Below are positions 37,751-50,990 of a DNA stretch of 64,000 nt, piece after piece; position 1 is the stretch's first letter, and each line of letters begins with the position of its first letter. The position numbers and the translations under genes are program-made. The DNA is from Chiloscyllium plagiosum (Eukaryota): the NCBI RefSeq assembly GCF_004010195.1, contig NC_057718.1:38618023-38682022 (forward strand), given 5' to 3'. The notes under the pieces were generated by a model. The model was not told the DNA's origin. It ran no database searches and saw only the letters and a list, made by a program, of their open reading frames with translations.

Positions 37751-39071
37751 CTTATCTATTCTTCCTGATTCCTGCTTCTCTCCCACCCCGGCGTAATTTT
37801 TATTTCACATTCTAATGAAAGGCAATCAACCCGATGCATTAACAATGGCAGAATCTTATAGAGGTCTGAGGGACATGGTCTATGGCAAGATTTGTGATAG
37901 GATTGGACAAGAAGTGTGGTGAGCCCTGTCTCAATACCAGGAGCATCTTGTTGGATCTCTTATATTTTTAATGAGTGGCATCATATGTTTCTTGCTAGGC
38001 AGAGACAACTTGCTAGTTAAGGAGTATTATAACTTATTAAACCACTAAGTAATGCCACATCTTATGTCATTAATATTTAGTTTCCTATTTTACCAAATAC
38101 GCCAAACCAACTAGACATTGAGAAATCTCATCATTGAAACCAGTGTGGCTACCAGACAATTTCAGCTCGCTGCTGGCTGTGATGAGCTTTGATGTTGCTC
38201 AGCACCGAGCAGCTTTAAAGTGCATGATTCATGAACACCACTAACATACACTCTTTGTCCACTGACTATGGAGTCTGGAATTGGCCAACCCCACATGACC
38301 AACACAACACCTCTCTGATCAACTTGCCACGCTGTTGACAAAGCATAGTCTTGCATTACAGAATACAGTAACAATTAGATTTGAAAGGCTGCTGCAAGGA
38401 CACCATGTGCACATGCACACATACCCGGCTGATGGATTAGACCAGTCTGTTTCCCAGGACTGCTTGCCTTCGCTCACTTCAAGCCTACCTGCATGCGAGC
38501 AGCATTAACGTCTTATCTTATCTTGTGCTAAATAATCCATCACACAACCAAGCAGCATGCCTTGCTAGACAGCGGTCCTCAGTCAGGGGGTGTACATCTT
38601 GCTGTATTGCAGTTGCTACATCAATCTCAGATCAGCACCATGCGCCAGCAGCTTTGCAGAAAACATCCTGCAAGTGTAGCTAGCAGGCACCCATGTCTCA
38701 AAGTCTTAGAGGAATAGTCCTCAATGAAGTCCAGGGGGGAACCTCTAGGTGAGAGTGCCCTGGAACAGTAAGCCTGGGGAATTGGACATAGTCAGCATCT
38801 GGTCAGGGTGTTCTCGGTCAGTTTCAGTAGTGGGTCATGATTCGTCCTGTGACTCCATAGCAGCCAGTCTGGAGTAGGGCCAACACAGTTGGGGATGCGT
38901 ACATCCACCAGTCAGGGGTCTGAGAACTTCAGGGTTGTCTACTCAGGTCACTCAAGGGTGTGGGTCAGAGTCAGTCCAGTGGACCCAACCACAGAAAGTA
39001 AGGTGAAAGGGTGGTAGGGGTATAAAGAGGACTACAGATGTGGAAAGAACAGTCAGGAACCTGTTTTCAGT

Positions 39072-39286
39072 TAGAAACCAAAAGAACTGCAGATGTTTTA
39101 AATCAGAAACAAAAACAGGAGTTGCTGGAAAGGCTCAGTAGGTCTGGCAGCATCTGTGAAGAGAAATCAGAGTTAACGGTTCTGGTCTGGTGAGGAAGGG
39201 TCTCCCGGCCTCAAAACATGAACTATGATTTCACTTCACAGATGCTGCCAGAGCTGCTGAGCCTTTCCAGCAATTTCTGTTTTTGT
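39072..39286. mobile_element. Fold-back Penelope-derived element, second arm subfamily
   Basis: Arms acaaaaacaggagttgctggaaaggctcag...gcagcatctgtgaag / cttcacagatgctgcc...ctgagcctttccagcaatttctgtttttgt. Degenerate TSD acctgttttcagt / acctatttttcagt. Confidence 0.8.
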
Positions 39287-40513
39287 ACCTATTTTTCAGT
39301 ATTGGGGCCTCAGACTGCGGGGGGAAGGGGAAATGAAAATTGGGAAGGGGCAGCAATATGTATTTGCAAAGATTATACATTAAAGCATGAATGGGAATGG
39401 GGTCACACAGGAGAATGATTTATTCATAGTTAGGAGCACTCAGGCTTCAAGAGGGATGAAATTATATGACCACGCTTGGCTTGGTCACTTCATATGCCAG
39501 GGGCTAGGAAGGAAATGTGGACAGGTAAAAATTCATGTAAATGGTTGGGTGGGGACCTTGCGGGTTTCATGGGAAGGACCATCAAGAGGGGAATCTTGAT
39601 CTGTTGCCCGATTCTGCAACATATTTCACCATTGCTCACGTTGCTCAGATGCCTAAAAGATTTGGCCAGATTTACTCAATGGGAGATCCAAGGAACATAG
39701 CTAAGTTTCAAACCTCAACTAGTTCAATTGGGTTGGTATAAAGTTCCAAGAGAGCAAAGTGCAGAATGCAAAGTCCAGACACCTTACAGGAGGCCAATTT
39801 TGGTTTATGGTCCAGACTGAACTATCATCTGTCTGGGCATGCTACATTGAGTTTTGTTTTAAGATGGATTCTCGCCACAAGGCCCAGCACAATTTTTCAT
39901 AGATATTACAAAATGTGCCTCATTAAATACTTGCCTTGCTCCTGTGGTGTCCCTCACATCCAATTCTTTCCCCATCTTACCACATACCTTTCCTGGAACA
40001 ACTTGCTTCTTACCAGATGCTTACGGAAAGTGATGGAGTCTTTGAACTCCTTGAGGAGAATTACCTCATGAAACTTTTAGTAAGTGACCTCAATATTAAT
40101 TGTCCAAACTCACTGGTCAAAAGCAAGCTACTTTAGCCAAATGCATCAAATTCCAGATATTTTTAATCAGGCTATTTCCTGTGGGTAAGAATGCCTATGA
40201 CACTAACTGATCTGTACTTAAAATAGACCTTTTGTTGACTCATAAGCAGTTGCATTCTGCTCAAACAAGATGGAGTAAATTTAGTGAGCTTTTCCTGTCT
40301 GCAACAACAATTTCAATTTTGGACTGGTGACTTTAACTGTTGTACCAACCATTCTAAAGAGATAAAGAAGATGATACCTTCTTTATCAAATGTAGGGATT
40401 AATTGGACAAATTTGGATGTCTCAGCCTTTGGGTCTGAGTAAAGTGTGGTTTCTTCCACAGAGGTCCATTTAATGGGCACATTGAAATTCTTTCTTTCAG
40501 CTCAAACTGTTTA

Positions 40514-42240
40514 ATAGAGTCATATAATGATACAGCACGGAAACAAACCCTTTGGTCTAACTCATCCATGCTGACCAAGAGTCTCAAACTAAACCAGTCC
40601 CACTTGCTGGCATTTGGCCCATATCCCTCTAACTCCTTCCTATTTGTTACTTATCCAATTGTCTTTTAAATGTTGTAACTGTACTTGCATCTACCACTTC
40701 CACTAGCAGTTCATTCCACACACAAACCAACCTCTGTATGAAAAAGGCGAAAGTGAGGACTGCAGATGCTGGAGATTAGAGTCGCGAGTGTGGTGCTAGA
40801 AAAGCACTGCAGGTCAGGCATCATCCGAGGAGCAGGAAAATCAATGTTTCGGGTAAAGACTTTCATCAGGAATGTTCCCAATTCCTCCGCTTCCACTGCA
40901 TCTGCTCCCAGGAGGACTAATTCCACCACAGAACACACCATATGGCCTCCTCCTTTTAAAGACCGCAATTTCCCCTCCCACATGGTTGATGATGCCCTCC
41001 AGCGCATCTCATCCACTCTCACCCTCCCCTCCCAGCACCTTCCCCTGCCACCACAGGAATTGCAAAACCTGCACCCCCACCTCCCCCCTCACCTCCTCCG
41101 CCCTAAAGGAGCCTTCCACATCTATCAAAGTTTCACCTGTACTTCCACACATGTCACTTACCGAATTCATCAATCCTGATGTGGTCTCCTTGACATTGGG
41201 GAGACAGGATGCCTACTCGCAGAGTGCTTCAGAGAACATCTCCGGGACACCCGCAACAACCAACCCCATCACCCTGTGGTTGAACACTTCAACTCCCCCT
41301 CCCACACCGCTGAGGACATGCAAGCCCTGGGCCTCCTTCATCGCCACTCCCTTACCACTGATACCTGGAGGAAGAACACCTCATCTTCTGCCTCAGAACC
41401 TTCCAACACCATGACAACAATGTGGATTTCACCAGTTTCCTCATTTCCCCTTCCCTCACCTTATCCCAGTTCCAACCTTCCAGCTCAGCACCACCCTCCT
41501 GACATGGTCTACCTGTCCCTCTGACCTATCACCATTACCCCCACCACCATACACCTATTGCACTCTCAGCTACCTTCACCCCCAGCCCCAACCCCCACCC
41601 ATTTATCTCTCCAACCTCGAGAGTTCCAGCCTCATTCCTGATGAAGGACTTTTGCCCAACACGTCGATTTTCCTGCTCCTTGGATGCTGCCTGACCTGCT
41701 GTGCTTTTCCAGCACCACACTGTCAACTCTGCATGAGAGCGTTGCCTCTTAAGACCTTTGATATTCACTTTATCTATGCCCCCCATGACCTTATAAACCT
41801 CTATATGGTCACTCTTCAATGTCCTACACTCCAATGAAAAATGTCCCAGCCTATCCGGCCTCTTCTTGTAACTCAAACCCTCCAGTCCCGGCAACATCCT
41901 GGTAAATCATTTCTGAACCCCCTCCAATTTAATAATATCCTTCCTGGAGCAGGGCAACCAAAACTGTACAGTGTACATCCTGTACAACCTCAACATGACA
42001 TCATATCCCCAATTCCTATATTCAGTGTTCTTAGCAATGAAGACTAGAGTGCTAAACACCTTCTTAACCACCCTGGCTACTGATGATGCAACTTTCAAAG
42101 AACAATGCACCTGAACTCCTAGGTCTCTCTGTTCGACAACACTACCCAGGGCCTTACCATTAATTGTATAAGTCCTGCCCTTGTTTGTTTTACTAAAATG
42201 CAGTACCTCTCATTTATCCAAATTAAACTCCATCTGCCAC
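40514..42240 (-). mobile_element. CR1 3' fragment interrupted by a Penelope element
   Basis: Tail atagagtcatataatgatacagc at 40514. ORF fragments HCSLKVA...VQFWLP and LPGLEGLSY resume after about 41740. Confidence 0.85.
40746..41722 (+). mobile_element. Penelope-like element with inverted arms, nested in CR1
   Basis: Antisense arm 40746-40873, then + strand thumb/GIY-YIG remnants (QFLR, PCHHRNCKTC, EHFNSPSH) and a sense arm at about 41632-41722. Degenerate TSD caacctctgtatgaaaa / caactctgcatgagag. Confidence 0.88.
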
Positions 42241-42242
42241 TA

Positions 42243-42380
42243 AATGAAAACCAAAAGAACTGTGGATGCTGTAAACCAGAAACAAAAATAAAAGTTGCTG
42301 GAAAAGCTCAGCCGGTCTGGCAGCATCTGTGAAGCGAAATCAATGTTAATGTTTCGGGTCTGGCGACCCTTCCTCAAATG
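42243..42380 (-). mobile_element. Single Penelope-derived arm (second subfamily) with hammerhead-like motif
   Basis: Minus strand TTGAGGA a GGGTC GCCA GACCC GAAAC ATT; arm matches 39072-39190. Confidence 0.75.
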
Positions 42381-43189
42381 CAAATGTTAAAAAGAGATAG
42401 TGCCAAATACAAAAGGAGGGTGAAAGGAATATATAGTTTGAAGTCCTTACAGTGGCTTTGAGAAATAAAATTTTAAATTGGGGCCACAGTTGTTTAACTA
42501 ATGTTTAGTATCCTTAACAGTAGCCAATATGTCTATATTCCTTGAGTTCTCTGTGTTCTGATGTTTCTTTTTGATCTATTCTGTCACTGTCCATGGAAGC
42601 CGAGAAATAGAGCTTTCTTCAGCTCTGGAGTCATAAATCCCTCTTCCCTGCACTGCCAAAAGCCGTTCCCTGAAATGCAAGTTGGTTTGAGAAATTCCAA
42701 ATCTGAATTCACTCTTTCAAGCTTGATAATTGCAGGTGATGTCTTTTTATCTTCAATATATGAAACTTAGGCAAATCTAAATAAGAATAGCAGATGAGGA
42801 CCTTTCCATGCCTAAGTTGAGTAGTTTCAATGTGTTTTGATGAAATATTAATTTCCGTTCTGATGAGTTATTTATTCCACTTTGTTTTTATGGAGCTTGA
42901 TGGTCAGCTGATTGCTGTGAAGTCAGTATTTGTCTTTTTGTTTAAACCTTTTCCATCCATGGATGTCTCAGGCATTAAAATCAGATTATGAAATTTAATA
43001 ATCAATTTATAATTATAATAATTATATTTTGTTATTGTTGTGATATATTGAAAATGAAAAAAGGTGTATGAAATCTTTTATAACATTGATTATAACATAA
43101 CTAATTGTCTATCTTGTATTAAGAAGTATTCAGTGATTGAAAATATAGTTATTTGCGTTCACAGATATCTTTAATGCATTACTTTTCTT

Positions 43190-43485
43190 TATAAAATCAT
43201 AGCATTCCAACAGTGTGGAAGCATGGCATTTGGCACATTGAGTCCACATCAATCCTCCAAAGAGCATCCCACCCAGACCAAGCCCCCTACACTGTCCCTG
43301 TAGCCCTGCATTTCCCATGGCTGATCCACCTAACTTGCACATTTTTAGACTGTGGGAGAAAACCAGAACACCCAGAGGAAGTCCACGCAAACACTGGGGT
43401 GTGTACAAATTCCACACAGACAGTTGCCCAAGGGGTGGAATAAAACCTGGGTCCCTGGTGCTGTGAAGATGCAGTGCCGCCCCGC
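43190..43485 (-). mobile_element. HE1-like (V-domain) tRNA-derived SINE
   Basis: Minus strand gtctgtgtggaatttgtacac...gcgtggacttcctctgggtgttctggttttctcccacagtc...gtgcaagttaggtggat, the V-SINE core as I recall it. Confidence 0.8.
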
Positions 43486-43830
43486 ACAGTGTAATGTACA
43501 TTACAATGTTCTACTTAATTGTTCACACAAATGTAACTTATTTCACATAGGAAATAGTTCAAACTTAACTGAAGTATATTCTGAAAAATCATAGTTCTCA
43601 GTATTGTTATCACCAAAAAGACTCACACCCACAGGGTTAAATTTTATGAACATTAAACTTTAACTGGAAAGCTGAGTATGGTTCTGTAGTTCACACACAA
43701 CAGTATAGTATAGTGGTATTGTACTGGAGTAACAATGCTTTTTATTGAAGGGAATACAGGCAATATCTGTGTCAAAAGCAATATTGCTTCATTACAGTTG
43801 AAGTTATTTGCTTTTTTTTATGTTCCATAG

Positions 43831-44280
43831 GACATGTCAGCAAGAGGATCGTCTGCACAGCTACCAAAAGCTTACGATCCAGAGCCTGTGTCAAAGTATG
43901 GCACATTGGATGTCACTTTTGATTTTGACTCACAAGCACAGAAACTTATGGTAACAGTAACAGCTGTTACAGACATTCCAACACATAACCGAACTGGCAA
44001 CAGTTCATGGCAAGTACATCTTGTGCTACTTCCCACAAAGAAACAACGATCAAAAACAAGTGTCCAGCGGGGACCTTGTCCTGTCTTCACAGAGGCATTT
44101 AGGTTCAATCGCATTGAGTCTGAGATGATTGGTAATTATGCAGTGCGATTTAGGCTCTACAGTATACGACGCATGAAAAAGGAAAGGATTGTTGGTGAAA
44201 AGGTATTCTATCTTACCAAGCTAAATCTACAAGGCAAGATGTCCATTCCAATTGTGCTGGAGCCTTGTGGCAGCCTCACT
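43831..44280 (+). CDS. SYT14: Synaptotagmin-14 exon encoding the first C2 domain (450 nt, phase 0/0)
   Basis: Polypyrimidine tract plus tgttccatag acceptor ending at 43830; donor gtaagt at 44281. Reads DMSARGSSAQLPK...KYGTLDVTFDFDSQAQKLMVTVTAVTDIP...WQVHLVLLPTKKQRSKTSVQRGPCPVFTE...YAVRFRLY...KLNLQGKMSIPIVLEPC, a SYT14-type C2A domain. Confidence 0.96.
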
Positions 44281-45169
44281 GTAAGTAATTCAAATTAAAA
44301 TGAAGCAGTTGTAGTAAATGTATATGTTGCTGGTTAATCATTGCAAGAAGGCAAATAGTGCTACTGGATAATAGTTGAGTGTGAAAACCATTGCGTGCTG
44401 CCTTCTTACATGTCAACAATAAACATGACATTTTGTTTTGATTTTCTGCAACATCTCCTCAACTTAGGACTTTCAAGGTGACAAGTAACAAACTATAAAA
44501 AAAATTCACAAACCTTCTTATGACTGTTAAAGGATATGTGCCTGACATAACATAGACGTTCATGAAACTACAAATAAATCTATAATTGATTTCAGTTTAC
44601 CCGGAATGCAGTAATCTCCTCATTTGAACACCCCATGCTTGCCCAATCCCATGGAATTGAAAGATGGCTGATGCTGAAATTTAGGGATTCTCAAGTGAGT
44701 CGTAAGCTAACTCTACACAGGACAATTAGAAGCTTTTTGTGGCTTATAAGTGAGGATTTATCCTATCTCTTGTGCAATTGGTTTGCAAAGTTAACTGAAA
44801 TTGGATGAATTCCAGTGTTAATTGCAGGTCTACTCGTCTAGATCTTAGTGAAATAAGGTTGACTCAAAGAAATACATAAATGAAGCTGGATTAAGTCACA
44901 AGATTTTTTTCCATTACCCAGCAATTTTATATTACATATTATGTTTATTCCTCTTTTGCTCATTTCTCATGTCCAGAAGATAAAACCTCACATTGAGATA
45001 CATTTCTAAAACTGACAGAACCTTCTAGAATTTTGCAGCACAAAGATGATTGCCATCATCAATAATCACTCGCAAAGGTCCACCTAGAAAATTCCATATA
45101 ACTGCTTATGGGTTCTGTGTGTCCTTGCGGATCAGTTCGATCCTAGAACTGTATCTCCATTCACACATT

Positions 45170-46110
45170 TGTCAGGTGTTTCCAGAAGGTGGAAATGGCC
45201 TTTGGTCTTGAGATCATGGCATTCCTTTCTCTGGTTTATTTTACATACTTGCTCTTGTCATTGGGTGTTCTCGAAGAATTGTGACCCTTCAAATAGAAGT
45301 TTCCTCCAAGTTGATTTCTTCTGAATGAGGATCTCCCATGTGTTGAAATTGATGTTGTACTTTTTGAGGGAAACTTTCAGAGAGTCTTTGAAGTGCTCCC
45401 TTTGTCATCCTATCATTGGTTTGCCTTCCTTGAGCTGGGCTTTGACAGAAAGAACTCAGGCATCCTAAGCACATGGCCAGCCTAACAAAATCTGTTTCAG
45501 CTGATCATGGCCTTAATCCTGGTGCTGTTAGCTGCTTCAAGGACGTTGATATTAACATGACTGTCCTCCCAGCTGATGCAGAGAATCCATCTCAAACAGC
45601 ATCGGCACTTCTGAAGGGTCTTGAGCTGGCATCAATATGAAGTCCAAGTTTGGGAGCCATATAGAAGTGTTGAAAGAATGATTGTACACAAGGATCTTGG
45701 TATGATCATGGATGTCACAGTCATCGAAGACTCTCTTCCTTATGCATCTGAAAGTGGTGCTCTCAGAATGGCTGTGATGTTGAATCTCCTCATTGATCTC
45801 AGTCTTACCTGAGAGGTAGCTTCTTGGTAAGGGAAATGCTCCATGTTTGGGAGGATTTCTCTATTTATCTTAATGGAAGGATGGACTGGAACTTGACCTG
45901 GGATGGTTTGGTAAAGATTTTGAGTCTTCTTGGGGTTGAGTCTAAGATAATTCTTCAGTATGCTTCTGCAAAGACATTAAACGAGGCTTGAAGATTTTCT
46001 TTTGATGAGCAAAGATGACATTGTCATCCTTATACTGAAGTTCCACAAGTGATATCGGTGTCAGTTTCTTCTTGTATTTCAACCAATTGAAGTTGAAATG
46101 TATTATTCAG
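45170..46110 (-). mobile_element. Decayed RTE-clade LINE 3' fragment
   Basis: Minus-strand translations TKILVY, LSTLLYGSQTWTSY, CCLRWILCISWED..NINVL, LGHVLRMPE. Confidence 0.7.
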
Positions 46111-46724
46111 TTTACACCTTGTGATCAATTGTCCAATAATTCATTGGAGGCTCAATTTGGCTGTAAAAGGCTCTTTCCAGGCCTCTCAGTATTCTGTAAG
46201 TTTCAATCAGATCCTCCCTCATCCTTCTAAACTCCATTGAAAAATTTGTCACCTGCATATGGTAAGACCATTAGACCATCAGATATAGGAGCAGAATTGA
46301 GCCATTTGACCTATTAAGTCTGCTCCGCCATTCAATCATCGCTGGTATGTTTCTCAACCTCATTCTTCTGCCTTATTCCCATAACCCTTCATCCCCTTAC
46401 TAATCAAGAACCTATGTATCTCTGTTTTAAATGCATTCAATGACTTGGCCTCCACAGGCATCTGTGGCAATGGATTTCACAGATTAAACCCTCTCAGGCT
46501 GAAGAGATTCTTCCGCAACTCAGTTTTCAAGGTTGTCCCTTCATTCTGAGGCTGTGCCCTCAAGACCTATTCTCTATGACTCATGGAAACATCTTCTCCT
46601 CATCCACTCTTTTCTGCACTCTCAGTATTCTGTAAGTTTCAATGAGATCCTCCATCATCCTTCTAAATTCCATCTAGTACAGACCAAGAGTTCTCAGCTG
46701 CTCTTCAAATGACAAGCCTTTCAT

Positions 46725-47497
46725 TTAGAATCATAGAATCATAGAGATGTACAGCACAGAAACAGACCCTTTGGTCCAATCCGTCCATGCCGACCAGATA
46801 TCCCAACTCAATCTAGTCCCACCTGCCAGCATGCAGCCCAAATCCCTCCAAACTCTTCCTATTCATATACCGATCCAAATGTCTTTTAAATATTGCAATT
46901 GTACCAGCCTCCACCACATCCTCTGGCAGCTCATTCCATACATGTACCACCCTTTGTGTGAAAAAGTTGCCCCGTAGGTCTCTTTTATATCTTTTCCCTC
47001 TCACCTTAAACCTATGCCCTCTAGTTCTGGACTCCTCGACCCCAGGGAAAATACTTTATCTATTTATCCTATCCATGCCCCTCATGATTTTGTAAACCTC
47101 TATAAGGTCACCCCTCAGCCTCCGATACTCCAGGGAAAACAGCCCCAGCCTGTTCAGCCTCTCCCTATAGCTCAAAACCTCCAAACCTGGCAACATCCTT
47201 GTCAATCTTTTCTGAACCCTTTCAAGTTTCACAACATCTTTCCGATAGGAAGGAGACCAGAATTGTACACAATATTCCAACAGTGGCCTAACCAATGTCC
47301 TGTATAGCTGCAACATGACCTCCCAACTCCTGTACTCAATATTCTGACCAATAAAGGAAAGTATACAAAACGCTTCTTCACTATCCTATCTTCCTGCGAC
47401 TCCACTTTCAAGGAGCTATGAACCTGCACTCTTTGGTCAGCAACACTTCCCACGACCTTACCATTAAGTGTATAAGTTCTGCTAAGATTTGCTTTCC
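46725..47497 (-). mobile_element. 5'-truncated CR1 (younger subfamily)
   Basis: Tail tagaatcatagaatcatagagatgtac; ORF MLQLYRTLVRPLLEYCVQFWSPSYRKD. Confidence 0.92.
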
Positions 47498-47661
47498 TCT
47501 GGGATCATTCTTGTGAACTTCCTCTGGCCTCCAAGCCAGCACATCCATCCTTCGATATGGGACCCAAAACTGTTCACAGTTTTCCAAATGCAGTCTGACC
47601 AGAGTGTTATGCAGCCTCAGCAGTATGTCACTGCTCTTGTATTCTAGTCCCTTTTGAAATA

Positions 47662-47878
47662 CAGTTATTTCTGATAAAACTCGATTGTTTGTTTCTCGTG
47701 GGATCGCGAGTTATAAGAAAATTGCGTAATAGCCACACCTTTTAATATAATGGGATCGGAATCACATTATAGCCAATACAGGCAAGGAAAGTTCATGTTC
47801 TGCAAATAAGTCTAAATTCTTCAATCACGTTAAAGCCAATACGCATTGAAGAGACACACATTATAATAGAACCGACTT
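47662..47878. mobile_element. Tc1/mariner (Tigger/pogo-like) MITE
   Basis: TA-flanked, with degenerate TIRs ta|cagttatttctgataaaac and (reverse complement) ta|aagtcggttctattataat. Interrupts otherwise contiguous CR1 sequence. Confidence 0.6.
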
Positions 47879-50059
47879 TATATTCTAACATTGTATTTGG
47901 CTCCCAACTGCCAACTGAATCTGCATGTTAATTTTAAGAAAAACCTGAGCTAGGCTGCCAGGTCCCTTTGTGCTACAGATTTCAGAAGCCTTTCCCATTT
48001 AGAAAATAGTCTATGCCTCTATTCTTCCTACCAAAATGCATAACCTCACACTTTCCCACATTGTATTCCATCTGCCACTTCCTTGCCCACTCTCCTGGCC
48101 TGTCCAAGTGCTTAGCATGTTTCTTTTTCTTTGGAATGAATTTCAGCTTGCCTCCCAAATTACCCCCCAAAACTCCTGCCATTGCTACTCCACCATGTTC
48201 CTTGCTTGGCTTCTCCTTCTCTGGCCAGCTCCTGCCTCATGGCTTTGTAGTTACCTTTACTCAGTTACAGTGCCATTACATCTGATTCCAGCCCCTCACT
48301 CTCAAACTGTAGAGTGAATTCAATGATATTATGGTCACTGCCCTCTAGGGGTCCCTTCACCTTATGCTCTGTAATCAAGTCTGCCTCACCACTATACACC
48401 AAATTCAGAATTAACTGTTCCAGAGGGGGGTCTACCACAAGCTGCTTCAGAATAAAACTATCTCATAGACATTCCACAAAGTCCCTTTCATGAGATCCAC
48501 CACCAACCTGATTTTTCCAGTCCACCTACTTATTGAAGATCCCCATGATTATTGTAATAATGCCTTTCTTACATGCCTTTTCTATCTGCTGATTTATTTT
48601 CTTACCCATATCCTGACTACTGCTCGGAGGCCTGTACACAAATCCAATCAGGGTCTTTATTCTTTTGCTGTACCTCAACTCTACCCGCACAGATTCTATA
48701 ACTTCCAATTCTATCACTTAATTCTTTGATTTAATTTAATTTCTTAGTAACAAAGCAACTCCCACCCCCTCTACCTATCCTTTCAATAGACCGCGTAAGG
48801 ATATTTCATTTCCAGCCCTTATCCCCTTGCAGCCATGTCTCTGTGATACCCACAATGTTGTACCTGCCAATTTCAATTTGTGCTACAAGCTCATTTTCCT
48901 TGTTTCATATGCCACATGCAGTTAAGTACAATACCCTCAGTCTTGTGTTGTCTGCCCCACTTGTTATAGTTGTCCCCTTTTCTGCTATGCCTGAAGTTAG
49001 ATTCCTGACACTTTCTATACTCTCTATCCTTTTAATTACTTTAGAAACTTTAATAATCTATAATAAAAATGGTTGAAATACAATTATTTTTCTATGACTT
49101 TGTACTAAAACTGTGAATCTGAATCCCATTATGGCATTTTGAACATTTTTATTTTGTTTTTAAAAGGTCTGAAAAATAAACAAGTTTGATCTCAATAAAA
49201 GGGCCCATAAAGCTGAAATGGAATGTAGCAAAAATGCAGCTGATTCATTCCTGTCACTTACAGATGGAAACATGCCATGCTTACTTAGTCTGTGACTCCT
49301 GTCCCATATCAATGTGGTTGTTTCTTAACTGTTCTCTGGAGTGGTAAGCAAGTCATTTAGTTATACTAACTGCTAGAATTCAAGAATCCAGACGACTAAG
49401 GGCGGGAAATAACTTCTGATCTCACCATTCACATCCTGAACGTGAACTAAAGTGAAAGAATGGCAAAATATTCATACCATTTAAACAGCAATATGAACAA
49501 AATTAATGAGAATATCTTAGGTTGCATATTGAAATATCAATCAAGATCATAATTAATTCCTGTAATGACTTACTGATAGCACAGTTCATTGCCTCAGCAT
49601 TTATTATAAACTCATCTAATGGGATTCTTTATCAAGGGAAATTTAGAAAATGTATCAATCATTTAAATTTATCAAAATACAAAGTTTATAAGAATTTTGG
49701 TACAGTCAGTGATGGGCTTAATATCATGACAGTATTGTACACCATCTTTCAGTGTAGTAGTGATTTCTGTGGTTCATGACAACATGCAGGCTATGTGTCC
49801 ACAACAATATTTTGCAACATCAAGCTTTGACTGAATATAATGTGACATTCCTATTTGGTTAGTTCAATGATTAAAATATTGCTTTAGCATGCTACTGAAA
49901 GCCCTATTTTTCATATGTCTTTTGCTGTAGCTGTGTGGAAGTTATTCAGAAGTGTCATGAAACATGGTTAACTACAATAAGAGTTAAATCTGTTGTTGTT
50001 TCAAAATCTTATCAGAAATTATAAAGATTCTGCTTCTAAATGTTATGCCTAGTTCTTAA

Positions 50060-50990
50060 TACTGCCAATGCAGAATGTCTTTCTTGTCCTATCTATGTCG
50101 TTGGTATTTACATAGCCAACTGGATTCTCCCCTCCCAAATTCTTTTCCAATCCTTAGCAGAACAAATCCTGATGCTGGGCACTTGACACAGTTTCCTGGA
50201 CTCTCACTTTTTGCTGCAGAGAACAATTTCAATTCCTGTTATTCTACTGTCACCTACTATCAGTTCGCATTTTTTGGCACCCCTCAACTTGAAGGACTTC
50301 TTGTACCATGGTACCTAGGTCAATTAGCTCATTCACCTGCAGCCGTTACTCTCATCCAAACAAGCTGAAAGAACTTCAGACTTGTTGGACAATTGCAAAA
50401 GCTGCAGCTCTTGCGCTCTTGCCCTTTTCATTCCCTTAGCTGTTACCTTCCAGTCACACTGTCTTGTCCATGATCACTGACTGAATCAGAGGACACTATG
50501 CTAAAGGTTTTGATTGCTTCCTGGTATAAATCATTCAGGTAACTATCCCCACGCTGAAGTTTTGCATTACCTGCAGCTCAGCCTCCAATTCCTAACCTCA
50601 AAGCTGAAACACCTCTAGCTGTGAATACTTTACTGCAGGTGTATTTGCCCTGGATCACACTAGCATCCACGAGTTCCCACATACTGCGGGCATGACATAT
50701 CATCTGTCCTGACAACCTTAATTTGTTTTAATTAGCTACATAATTGTTTTAATTTAGTTATTTTTCTTATATGTATTATTAACCTTACCATCAATTTCTA
50801 TACAATTTAAACCTTAAGAATAGTACTTAATTACTTAGAGGAGATACTCACCAAATAGCTTCCTCAATTGTAATGGAATAAGACCCAATTTCGAGAGGGT
50901 GTAAAGGTTAGAAAAAGCAAAACCAAAGGAGCCTCTCCTTCGCTCCTGATTTCACTAATCAGTGATCACCCAGCACTCTATTTAGAGCTC
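50060..50990 (-). mobile_element. Decayed CR1 ORF1/5' region
   Basis: Minus-strand MWELVDASVIQGKYTCSK zinc-finger remnant, plus sequence resembling the PGARV esterase region. Confidence 0.55.

Larger units (their letters stand above)
46265..49050 (-). mobile_element. Decayed, internally deleted CR1 (different subfamily) hosting a younger CR1 and a MITE
   Basis: Tail gaccatcagatataggagcagaa; fragments WARKWQMEYNVGKCEVMHFGRKN and VELRYSKR..GFVYRPPSS. Confidence 0.8.

Noticed and set aside
43834..44298. 154-aa ORF as a single-exon C2 protein
   Set aside because: Bounded by canonical splice sites; the last residues are intron read-through.
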